From: Lytechinus pictus
Lineage: Eukaryota
DNA length: 60,000 nucleotides
NCBI RefSeq assembly: GCF_037042905.1
Contig: NC_087251.1
Location: forward strand, 12,712,001 to 12,772,000
Direction: 5' to 3'
Notes under the pieces: model-generated
What the model was told of the DNA's origin: nothing
Databases searched by the model: none
What the model saw: the letters and a program-made list of their open reading frames with translations, nothing else
In this document: piece after piece, positions 14,321 to 25,739 of the stretch
How the letters are laid out: every line of letters begins with the position of its first letter
Numbering within the stretch: the stretch's first letter is position 1
Made by a program: the position numbers and the translations under genes

Positions 14321-14375
14321 GACCACTGATGTCTGGCATAGATTCTGAGAGGGTTGGGGAGATATCGCAACGTCT
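14321..14375 (-). CDS. Putative internal coding exon, 55 nt (RRCDISPTLSESMPDISG + 1 nt), product unknown
   Basis: Minus strand: ttcttccaattatattcAG | exon | GTATGT; open in phase 0, matching the phase-0 donors at 40288 and 59696. Confidence 0.5.
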
Positions 14376-14534
14376 CTGAATATAATTGGAAGAATGTGTG
14401 AGTGTGGGGTGTTGTAGTGCAGAGATAATTTAAAGGTGATCAAACGAATAACCATTAAAAATCTCTCCTTTTTGCAATTTTTCCTTTCATTTGCATAAAT
14501 TTGCTATTTCCATGTTTTGGAAGTAAAAGAGAGT

Positions 14535-14721
14535 AGGTGACGTCGTCACTCTGCTCATTTGCATACTGACCAGGATATGCATATAACTGTTTTGTGAAAT
14601 TAAGCGGACCTCTAAAATGTCACAACTTTCTTATTTTACCTCCGATTTTGATTAAATTTTCAGTGTTATGCTTGTTGGATTTTTCTCCTTTTATTCAAAT
14701 CAACTTTTTGTTGGGGTGGAC
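14535..14721. mobile_element. Right-end fragment of Kolobok-like family D
   Basis: Closely similar to ~53520-53704 (CTCATTTGCATAC.GACCAGGATATGCATATAACTGTTTTGTGAAATT ... TTGTTGGGGTGGAC); cut at its TIR by the foldback element. Confidence 0.85.
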
Positions 14722-14724
14722 TAA

Positions 14725-17700
14725 GTCCAGGATAGAAGGGGTCGAACCTTGTTTTTTAGATATACAATGTTTTTTGATAGTTTGTCAATTCGAGGGTGCT
14801 GATTCCGAATCTGAATGATGCCACTCGTATAACCTTGAGCATTTTCTGCAAATTGGCAAAATCCAATATGGCCGCCAAAATATTCAAATTACCCATAAAA
14901 ATCTTAAAATTGTCCACACATTGGCTATAAAGTACATGCAATTGTATTGCCGGAGTGAGACAGTATCTGAAAAAAATATTTTTTACAAAATATTTATTTT
15001 CTTAATATTAAAAATGGCCGCCATAGACCCCTGTACAATATGAATGGGGAAAATTAATTTTCACAAAAGTGCCAGCTCTGAAATACATGTAATAATGATC
15101 TATGAGTGAAGTAATGTCTGAAAACATGATTGCTAACGATATATATCATTTGTTATGTCATGTATGTGATAAATCCTGTATTTTGATATTCAAAATGGCC
15201 TCCAAGTGCCCTCACACTATTATGTACAATGTGAATGGGGACAAATAAAATCACAAGAGTGAACACTAAAATGCATTTTGTTAAGATAAACGAGTGGAAT
15301 ACTGACTAAAACCATTATTGTTAACAAAATTTATTATTTAACATGCCATGTATGTGATATCTCCTGTATTTTGATATTTAAAATGGCCGCTAAAGGCCCT
15401 AAAATTATAATGTACAATGTGAGAGGACAAAAACAATCACATGGTGAGCGCTAAAACGCATGGTTTTTTTAGGGTAAATTAGTGGAATACTGCCTTAAAA
15501 TATAATTTTCAACGAAATATATAATTCGGGTTTCATGTTTGTGTAAAATATTGTATTTTGACTTTCAAAATGGCCGCCAAAGACATTGACTGTATTATGT
15601 ACAATCGATATGGGAAACCAATTTTCACAGGAGTCAGCACCATAAAATGCATATAATTGTGATCTAAGAGTAAAGTATTGTCTGAAAACATAAATTCTAA
15701 CAAGATATATCATTTATTCTGCCAGGTAGGTGATAAATAATGTATTTTGAAAGTCAAAATGGCCGCTAAATGCCCTAACGGTAGGCCTATTATGTACTAT
15801 GTGAATGGGAACATATAATTTTAACAGAATTTGGCTTTGCTTGACTAAATGATGTTGCATGTTTGAGTGAAATATCGTCTGAAAATATGATTTCTAATGA
15901 AATAGATAATTTTTATGTTATTTAGGTGATAAATGCTATATTTTAAAATTCAACATGGCTGCAATATGCTTTTTTTTTAAAATTATCGTTCCCCATTCAA
16001 ATTTTACATAATAAGATAAGGGACCATGGCGGCCATTTTTCAATTTCAAAATGCAGCATTCATCACCTTTATGACACAAGCTATGATATATTTCGTTAGA
16101 AATCATTGGGTTTAGACAATACTTTACACCTACATCAAAATTAAGCATTTTTTATAGTAAAAATTCTGTCAAAATTATCTGTCCACAGTTACAATGTACA
16201 TACTACTTTGGGGTCCTATGGCAGCCATTTTAAATTTCAAAGTAAGGCCTTTATCACCTTCTCGGCCAATATGTGATGTATTTAGTTAGAAATCATGTTC
16301 AAGACAATATTTTACCTGTACATCACATAGTTACGTGCGTTTTTGGTTCTCATTCTGGTGAAAATTAGCTTCCCTATACGCATGTTACATAATTTAGTTA
16401 GGGCTTGTAGCGGCCATTTCGATAGTCAAAATACGGTAGTTATTACCTACATGGGGGAGGAAATGCTATATTTCATTAAAAAATCATGGTTTCAAACAAT
16501 ATTTTCCTTATACAACAGAATTATATGGATTTCATAGTCAGGCAAATCCTAATTCTTTCAAAATTATTTGTCCCCATTTACATTGTAGATAATAGTGTAA
16601 GTGCCCATAGGGTCCATTTTGATTTTCACAATACAGCATTTATCTCATGCATGGCAAAGGAAATTATATGTTTCGCTAGAAAACATGTTTTTAGACAATA
16701 TTTCACTCGTAGATTACAATTACATTCATTTTATTGTTCTTACTCTTGTGAAAATTAGTTTCTTCATTCGCTTTGATCATAATACAAATAGGGCCTAAGG
16801 CAGCCATTTTGAATGTCAAAATACAGCATAATTACCGAAATGGCAAGGGAAATGATATGTCTCGTTAGAAATCATTGTTGTCAGACATTGTTACACCAAT
16901 ATTTCGCAATTGTTGGCATTTTATAGTCAAGCAAATTCAAATGTTGTGAAAATAATTTGTCCCCTTTTATCCTACTAGACAGAAGAAAGGCCAACAAGTA
17001 AATCTTCCAAAACTAAAAACAACTCAAGGCCAATTTTCACTTTCTTTTCTAGGTAGCAATTTCTGGAATAAAGTACCAGTCGAAATCAAATTGAAGAAAT
17101 CAAGAAAAAGTTTTAGGAATTCTCTAAAAAGTTATTTGTCTTCATAAATTCACGCCATCAATGTGTAAGTCTACATTAGATAATTAATACAATTAAGATA
17201 CTTCAAAAAATGTTGATGATAACCCTTTACAAGGAATATATTGTGATTTAGATTTTTGTTTTGTTTTGTTTTTCCTTCTTAAATGTGCATTTTGTAATAT
17301 TTGTGGGGCCAGGCTCGATTAGCACTTGTGCTATTTTCTGGTCCCATTTACCATTGTATTTTTATACATGTGTAACTGTTTTGCAATTTGTTTTATAACC
17401 TGTAAACATGTGAATATTGTTGGTAAATAAATAAATCAAATCAAATAAAATCAAATATATTGTACACAGTATAAGGGGTCTATGACAGCCATTTTGAATA
17501 TCATAATACAGCATTTATCACATTAGATAGTATACAAATGACATAGTTTTGTTAATAATCATGTTTTCAGACAGTAGTCCACTCGTAGGTCACAATCACA
17601 TGCAATAATAGTGCTCTTGTTTAAAAATTATTTTCCCCATTTATATTCTACATAATAAAGTATACAGGGGCTTATGGCGGCCATTTTGAATATCAATAAA

Positions 17701-17968
17701 ATCAATATTTTGTCAAATATCGCTTTTCCAAAGAGTGCTTCACTTCTGCACAACAACTACATGTACATGCATTTTATGTGTGGACAATTTTATGATTTTC
17801 ATGGGTAACTTGCATATTTTGGCGGCCATATTGGATTTTGCCAATTTGCGGAAAATGCTCAAGGTTACAAGAGTGGCATCATTCAGATTCAAAATCAGCA
17901 CCCCTTAATTTGACACGAAACCATAAAAAAACATTGTATATCTAAAAAAACAAGGTTCGACCCCTTCT
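14725..17968. mobile_element. Foldback-type element: ~200-bp terminal inverted repeats plus mirror-image arrays of ~190-bp units
   Basis: AGAAGGGGTCGAACCTTGTTTTTTAGATATACAATG (14734) mirrors CATTGTATATCTAAAAAAACAAGGTTCGACCCCTTCT (to 17968). AAAATGGCCGCC-like motifs at ~15011, 15192, 15380, 15567, 15756, 15952; reverse complements at ~16028, 16220, 16409, 16609, 16799, 17484, 17676. Confidence 0.9.
16968..17456 (+). mobile_element. 5'-truncated L2/CR1-group LINE (ORF2 C-terminus, 3' UTR and tail) nested in the foldback
   Basis: 16968-17147 translates YPTRQKKGQQVNLPKLKTTQGQFSLSFLGSNFWNKVPVEIKLKKSRKSFRNSLKSYLSS*, the TR..LP..T....F...G...WN.(L/V)P..IK...S...F...LK.YL ending typical of this group; 3' UTR stem-loop at ~17305-17345; AAATAAATAAATCAAATCAAAT tail. 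Confidence 0.88.
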
Positions 17969-17973
17969 CTATA

Positions 17974-18868
17974 GGCGGTGCTGCACCATCCCGAGTTTGC
18001 TCAATCTCGAGATTTTAGCCCGATCAGCCCTCTTCGCGATTAATCTCGAGATTCAAGAAACCCCGTCTGCACCATCCCACGAGGAGCTATATCTGCTCGA
18101 GCGAGGCAACAAGCCCGATATTCCGGGCATGCGCACTTTCGGATCTTGGAGTTTCAACGGCCCGCGCTTTTGAATAACTTCCCGCGATATGCAAGCAATG
18201 AACTCCTTTCACTAGTACTTTCGCCGAATTCAACCGGTGTTATGCAACAATCCTTTCAGCTCAGCGAGTGAAGAAGTGATGTATTCTTCGTGAAATATGA
18301 TGGCGGAGTAGGAGGCAACGACAGAGAGAGAGAGAGAGAGGGAGAAGGAGGAAAGAAATGCTATTTGCTCACATTTTGCGAAGGAATAAGACAACACTGC
18401 TGTCAGTGTTGTTATTGAATATGACCATCGTCGATGCGATGAGCGCCTCCCCCTTCGGTCTGGTCTCTCCCGGGGTCTCTCCCAAAATCCATTCACTGGT
18501 GGGGACACCATCGTTGCTTATGAACGCTATTCGCATGTATAAAGTTGACTTTCGCACGTGTTTATGTTTTGACCAAGGCGGAAGTGGAACGCGAATTGCA
18601 TTATGGACTGACGTCATGAATAAATTACCCCGAGTCCAATCTCGAGTGCGTCTGCACCGACGAATTAGCGGGATAATTCGTAAAATAGCGCGCTATTTTG
18701 CAAATAAACCCGAGTTGACTTGGGATTGCAATCTCGAGATTAATCCTACGAACTAGCGCGATAATTGCGTCTGCACCGCCAACTATCTCGAGATTTTTCA
18801 GATCGGGATAATTTGCCGGATCAGAAATAGCGCGCTAATTTGAAACTTCGGGATGGTGCAGACGGCCC
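17974..18868 (+). mobile_element. Harbinger-like MITE (family B), longest copy, 895 bp, CpG-rich
   Basis: TIRs GGCGGTGCTGCACCATCCCGA ... TCGGGATGGTGCAGACGGCCC; flanks ATA/TTA; repeated ATCTCGAGAT palindromes; internal (GA)n. Confidence 0.9.
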
Positions 18869-19244
18869 TTATGGGGCCTATCCTATATTTTATTGTCAAA
18901 TCCATTACACAAACTTTTATTGCACATGGAAGCTCGTTGTGACCTAATGAAACCCCTCTTTGTGACAAAATAATGCAGCATTGTCGCCATACATGTACAC
19001 ACATGCATAGTTTTAACTGACTGACAAATTTGATATTATTAGCATCATTTATTAATAGAGAAAACAGAGAATAAATCATACTACCCTGGGGAAGTGATCA
19101 GATCATAAACTGTGTCAGAAAAACTTGGTCAACTGACCATCTTGAATATTGCGTAACAAATATTAGCTTACATCAATTTAAACACTAAACTTAATAAATG
19201 TAGTGAATGAGGACTCAATACAGTTGTCCATAAGAAATTGTTAA

Positions 19245-19831
19245 AGATCAAGTCCACCCTATAAAAGTGTTGATTTGAATCAATAGAGAAAAATCAAAGA
19301 AGCATGACTGAAAATTTCATCAAAATCGAATGTAAAAGAAAGTTTTGGCAATTCAGTTTTGCTAATTTTTCACGAAACAGTTACTTTTATGTACACACTG
19401 AGTGATACGCAAATGAGAGAGTCAATGATGTCCCTCACTAACAATTTATTTTGTTTTTCATTGTATGAAATATAAAATATTTCAATTTTTATAGATTTGA
19501 CAATAATGACCAACTTAATTGAACCACAAAGTGTTAAATCAATGGTAATTCCACATCTTCAGGAGGATAAAACTTTGTTTCACATGAAAATGAGGATAAA
19601 ATCATATATGAAATAGAAAAGGAACAGTAAGTGGGTGATGTAATCAGTCCCCTCTTTTCCACACTGAACAAGATGTGCATGTTTGGTGGAATAAAGTGAA
19701 ACTTTTAAATGTCAAAACTTTTTTATTTTTTTCATTTTATGTCCGATTTGGAATGGAATTTTTCAGTATTACACTTGTTGGATTTTTCTATTTTTATTCC
19801 AATCAACCTCTTGTAAAGGTGGACATGGCCT
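19245..19831. mobile_element. Kolobok-like MITE family D, diverged copy
   Basis: TTAA|AGATCAAGTCCACCC ... GGTGGACATGGCCT; colinear with 53107-53711. Confidence 0.85.
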
Positions 19832-22516
19832 TTTCATGAATTTTCATGATGCAAGTGTAAAGTGCGAGCTGAAATTTATTGATAAACTGAAAGTGAGTAC
19901 TTACTACTTTCAAACAATATTTAAGTAAGTAAAGTGAAAAAAACAAAAACATTTTTAGCGAAATATGTAATCGCAAACAAATTGTATATATCCGGAGACA
20001 TTTCACACAGACGGAGCGTAGCATGAGCTGGCAATTTTCTTGGAAGAGTTTAAAAATACAACAACCATGAGCTGAAACTTAATTTGATATGTGACGTAAA
20101 AGCGGGGCATAATTATTAAGCCCTCCAATTAAGAATTGAAAGAGCTTTGAGATGCATCTAATAGACTTCAAAATTTCCAATGTCTCTAGCCTTGTGAGGG
20201 CCCCCCTCCCACACCCTTCCCCGCTCCCTCGCAAAGTCTGCCGCTTTTGCAGTCTTCTATGTTGGTAAGTATGGTCTGATGCAGCAAGACTATCAGTGGG
20301 TGCACTGCAAAGCAACCTCAGTCTATACATTCCCACATTGCTATAATTTTTTCATTCACTACTGTCAACGAACATTTGTCAATAAAAGAAAACTAAAGCA
20401 AGCAATTGTTTATAGTCTAGCTGCATCAGAAGTATTGCATTGTGTAACAACATAAGACTCATAAAAGCAAAGACAATAGTTGCAGCCTCTGCTCATATTA
20501 TAGGCTTGGTTCCAACCAGCACAACAAATTCTCCTTGATCAGGGGACCTATACTTTCCTACCAGACCACACCACATGTACAGGCACCATGCACCTGTAAC
20601 CAACAACCGCCTGCACCTGTAATACATGTACTTCAGTGACTATGAAATTAAACGTTTTATAGCAACTATTAACTTATATGGTCTTATAATTACAAGAGTT
20701 TTTAAATATTCTTACCGAATTGAGCCCAGACTTTAATATACAACAGCAATACACTTTTTTAAAACCACACCCAATTTACTTCCAGTGAAACTCTTTTGGG
20801 TATCCTAGGATATACTGACGTTAATAAGAGGCAATCGTACAACATATCACCCACCATGGAGCTGGGATAAGCAACTATTCACTGGGAAATTTCATTGTTA
20901 ACTTGACTGAGATTTTCTTTACTTGGGATTTTACCTTTAGTCAATCTTTTATGTCAATTCACAGTAGTGGCTTCTTTCTCTCACAGACCAACATTCTCCA
21001 TTTTTGCATGATGGTCTATGGGTATATTTACAGTATTAAAGATGAGCAGTGTTATGACTGCAAATAGAAATAGTAAAACTTTTTAAACATATATTTTGTT
21101 ACTTTAGGATTCAAAGTTTATGTCTATAGTTTTCTGTTCAAACTGAAGAGATTGGACGGTTCCCGTCTGCCCCAAAACATGGAATATATTTTAACTCTAA
21201 AAAAAATCTATTTGATACTTGCATCTGAATTGTTCCAAATACATACAAAACTTAAATGGTATGTATATGAGTAAACTGATGAAAAAGTACCATAATTTAT
21301 TTTCTAACTTATGAAATTTCATTATTTACTTCAATGAGGTTAAAGTTCATGATCTCCTCCTCAGGAACATGTAGGATAACATGTAAAATCATAATCTGTG
21401 TACAGGTTTGTTTGTTTTTAATAAAAAAGGGAACTTCTCCATTATGAGATCCATGAAATCTAAATCATTTGAAATTCCATATGAAACATGCAAAGGCATG
21501 CTATAAAAGCAGGAGAAAAAGTTTACTGTCTGGTAGGCCTATTATCAACTGTCATCAAATAATCTGGAAATGAATCTATGAAAAAATTAGGAGTGTAGAG
21601 GTTTCATGGTACACCATGTTTTCTTTCATGCGCATATATGGTGTCCCGTGAAACCACTACAATCTTCTTCTTTTCCATGGAAACCTTCAGAAGTTACCCC
21701 AAAAAATTGAGATTGCATATTTTTGCACTCTTCTGTGATAGTTCCTGATTTTACTTTTATGGCTTGACAAAAAAAAAATTCATCACAAGTATAATGCTAA
21801 AATCTGAAGATATCCACCACCATCAGATGCATCAGTATACAAACATGCATAGTACCGTAAAGTGTGCCAAGAGTCCAACCAAAGATTCTATATCGAACAC
21901 ACATAAAAACACACACACCAAAACTACACACAGGATGATCTATTGCCATGGTGACAGGAAGATGCTGGTAAGAAGCCAGTCAGATCATGCATGTTTGAAT
22001 GCACACAATTCTTCCCTCATGCTGAGAAAAACTAGAAAAACGGATGAATAGATGCAAGATGCACAGAAATCTGAACTTTTGTTTATGCTCCATAGGATGT
22101 GACATCATCATTCTTCATCCTCTTATAGTTCTAAAGATAAATTCTAATCTGAAACCCACATCTCAATCTCACTAGCATTCTAGATTCTTTAAAACAAGAT
22201 GTGTTTGACCTCAGTATCCACTGATGAGTTCAGTAATGACTAATGAGAAAATCTCTCTGAATATTGTTATAGAGGAAATATGAAATCCTACAAGATTAAT
22301 TTTGTGGAAGAAGCAAAGCCTACATGAAAATAAGTCTGTAAATTTGTTAAATATTTTTTTCTTGGTTTGATGATCAGTGACTTGCATATTGACAACTGTA
22401 AACCCATGCAGTGTGAATTTACTAAATCTAATCTGTTTCTCAAATTGATTTCTCAACGAGAAATGTATCCATATGTAAGCAATAAAAATTATTTGTGTAT
22501 TAAAGTGTAATTTTCA

Positions 22517-23181
22517 AAACAAGTGGAATGCCTCTGGCAGTCTCGTCTGCATTATGCTATCCGATATAGCAGCAGTACTGACTTTGAAAACAGCTAATCA
22601 AATAATTATTCACAAAAGGAAACTTTCATATAATAAAATGCAATGTCCACTGACCCAAAAGACCTTTGACCATGATCATGTGACTTAAGATGTGTGCAAA
22701 ACAATCATTCATACTTGATTACCCTAATATCTATGTTTCATGAACTAGATCCATAAACTTTTGTAAGTTATGATGCCAATTCAACAAATACCCCCAACAT
22801 GGCCAAAGTTGAATGACCTTAAAAATAAATGACCTTTGATCTTGGTCATGTGACCTGAAACACTGTGCACAGGATATTTCAGGATACATGGTTGCTCTTA
22901 AAATATTTGTAAGTTATGACAATTCCACAAATACCCCCAACATGGCCAAAGTTTGTTGACCCTAAGTGACCTTTACCTTTGTCATGAGACCAGAAACTCA
23001 GGCAGGGTGTTTAGTAATACTTGAATACCATTATGTCCAAGTTTCATGAACTAGGTCCATTTACTTTTTAAGTTATGACATTTCAAAAACTTAACCTTGG
23101 TTAAGATTTCAATGTTGACAACACCACCTCCATCGAAAAGAGGCACTTATGGTCTTGCTCTGCAATGCAGGCAAGACAAAA
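22517..23181. mobile_element. Helentron/HINE-like non-autonomous element with internal TGACC(T)-rich tandem units
   Basis: Subterminal inverted repeats GTCTCGTCTGC (~22540) and GCAGGCAAGAC (~23167) with a terminal hairpin; A-runs at both ends, no TSD; repeated CAAATACCCCCAACATGGCCAAAGTT and GTTTCATGAACTAG blocks. Class is inferred. Confidence 0.55.
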
Positions 23182-23367
23182 TTGTGTTTCTTTATTGAAC
23201 AACTAATAAAAAAAAAACAGTAGAGGGAACAGCACAAAAAAGAAAGAAATAGAAAATTGACGAGGACGCCTTTGTTCAGAAAGGAACCAAAATGGGATAG
23301 GCAGATACAGATATCACTCATCAAAAAGGTTCCACGCCAGGTTAATTTATATTGTTAATGTTTATGT

Positions 23368-24217
23368 TAGGCCCGTTTCGGGTACACGTGTACACGCACG
23401 GTCAAGTCAGTGCACGTGTACTAAATTCCATCACCGTGTACACGGTAGCATCTGCATAAAAGCTTGCATGGGACTGTCAAGTCAGTGAACAAGCTCACAG
23501 CCTCACATTAAATCTTAGTTCTCAGACACTGCACATGTTTTAATCACTAATATGTCAATATATTTCAATTAACTTAGAGTGAGTTTACTTCCAAAATCGC
23601 CGATTTAATCCACATTTATTCTGGAGACTCAAGTTTTTGTACCACGAAATGGGTCTGCTCCGGTCTCGAAAGCTCGAAAGCATTGCTCAATCAAACTCAG
23701 AGCCAATTTGAGAATCAACAATTGCGACAGCGATCATTGCTACAACTTACGTGTTATACGCTCGTACATATGTGCTACAAGCCTACGAACAAACGCTCCT
23801 CGAATTGGCAATAAAATAATGAAAATCAATCGATAACTTCAGTTACACTTAATTCTGCAGCGATCTGTGCATGCACGTACGGTACAGTATACAAAATGCG
23901 CATCCAACGAACGTCGGCGCTAGCTTGGGCCCTGCACTGATTTTCATTTGCATTCTTTATTAATTTAATGCGCTGCTAAGCTGAGTAAACTTTTTAATTG
24001 CACCAATTTTTGTGGATTGATACTTCTAACTTCTCAGGTAAGCTTTAAAATTGTGACTTAGGCTATATAGACCCCTTTTTATGTTACATTGACATGTTGA
24101 TGCGGGTCCGTGTCGACATGAAAACATAACTCGCTCTCACAGTGTTTACAACGTGTACATGACCGAAAAACACGCCGTGTACACGTGCATCAAAAATGGA
24201 CTTTCAAAACGGGCCTA
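23368..24217. mobile_element. hAT-type MITE, 850 bp
   Basis: TIR TAGGCCCGTTT ... AAACGGGCCTA; perfect 8-bp TSD GTTTATGT (23360-23367, 24218-24225); subterminal GTGTACAC repeats. Confidence 0.93.
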
Positions 24218-25739
24218 GTTTATGTCGGCATGATCAATCCCACATTGCAGTAACAATAATTAAACAAATTGGAACATAACAACATTCTAAGATCATATAA
24301 TTGACCTTGGTAAATGTAAAAGGTTCAGTGATTGAATTTATGAGTTGTATATTACTTCTTATGTTTCAAATCAGCTGAATTAAGAGAATATTAGGCCTTA
24401 TTTCAATAACCTTGGAAAAATGATTTGAGCTTCATTTCCAATATTTATGAGTTCAAGGTGAAACAGTAAAACTTGTGTATCTGTCTAAAATCTCTGAAAT
24501 CATAATTCTTTTTATAACAATCGCTAATTACTAACATGAAGGAAGGAACAAAGGAAGGAAGGATAGAAGAAAGAAAGAAACCAGAGAAAAAAAATCTTAA
24601 AAAGTAAGAAATATTACCAAGTCAAAATAAGATTATTTGGAAGTAATCATTCAGAATGATCCACCTGCAACGTTTGTATATAATAATGATTGCTTATATA
24701 ATGCCACGTATCAATCACATATTCACCATGCTACATTGATGGATAGATCAAGGCCAACATCCTTGTTCATTATGGTTGGTGAAAGCAAATTACAGCAATT
24801 TGAAATAACTAGACAACAATTGTAATTACAAAGCTGGTTGTCACTATATTGAATAGTGTGATCAACAATTATGAGAAGTAATAAAAATAAAAACACTGTA
24901 GCAATGGATGAATTTCTAACTTTTGTGTCGCAACAAGTGACCTAATTTCATCTGGCTTTGTTCATCAATGAAATGGAAGATAACACTTAAAAAAGATTAA
25001 ATTAGTTTTTCACGGTCAGCTAATTTGTAGCAAAAAGAACATGAACAAATTTTGTTCAGTTGTTAGTGATCCATCAGAATCTCATAAAAATTTTACAAGT
25101 AATCTATATTCAATTTATTACAACGTCGGCAATAAACCTTTAGGTGTAATGAATTCTATGGACCCTGGACCAACTTTGTCACAGTATTTCTGTTTTATGA
25201 CATCTAATCCCCTTGATATATTTAAATTACAAAGGTCATATTCCATCATATCCTCTTTTTTCCACTAAGTACTACACACAAAAACTATTAATTTTGAGAT
25301 TAATCAAATAAATATTCAGGAAAAAAAGTTCTTGACAATTAAATAAAATTTCTTAGGATTGCCTGAAATAGCAATAAGTACATGCACATTTAATGATTCC
25401 AAGTTATTGGAATTAATTAATATTTGCCAACAACATTCCGCAAAAAAAAAGAAATATATAGCTCCGCAAAACCATCATTAGGAACAATGCAAGTTACATG
25501 TACATACATGTATAAATACATCTCAATACAACTGAATGTCCAGAGAGCAGCAAAGTGTTTCTAAAAATATCACTTTAAATTCTTTCAAGTGAAATTTATC
25601 TCACATGAGAACCACTTTACGCAGAAATTGACACACCTGAATATATAGGCTATGTATTCTAAATTCAGATGAGGCAAGAAAAGGTATTTGATTTATTGAA
25701 TATCACTTTCTCACTTCAGTTTGGTGCTAAGCGAGTTAA

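Noticed and set aside
15011..17690. Regularly spaced short motif resembling a CRISPR array
   Set aside because: The intervening ~180-bp segments are homologous to each other, orientation flips midway, there are no cas genes and the context is eukaryotic.
18230..18756. Longest ORF in the track (132 aa) and overlapping minus-strand ORFs
   Set aside because: Inside a GC-rich MITE, non-ATG start, no recognisable transposase or Myb motif.
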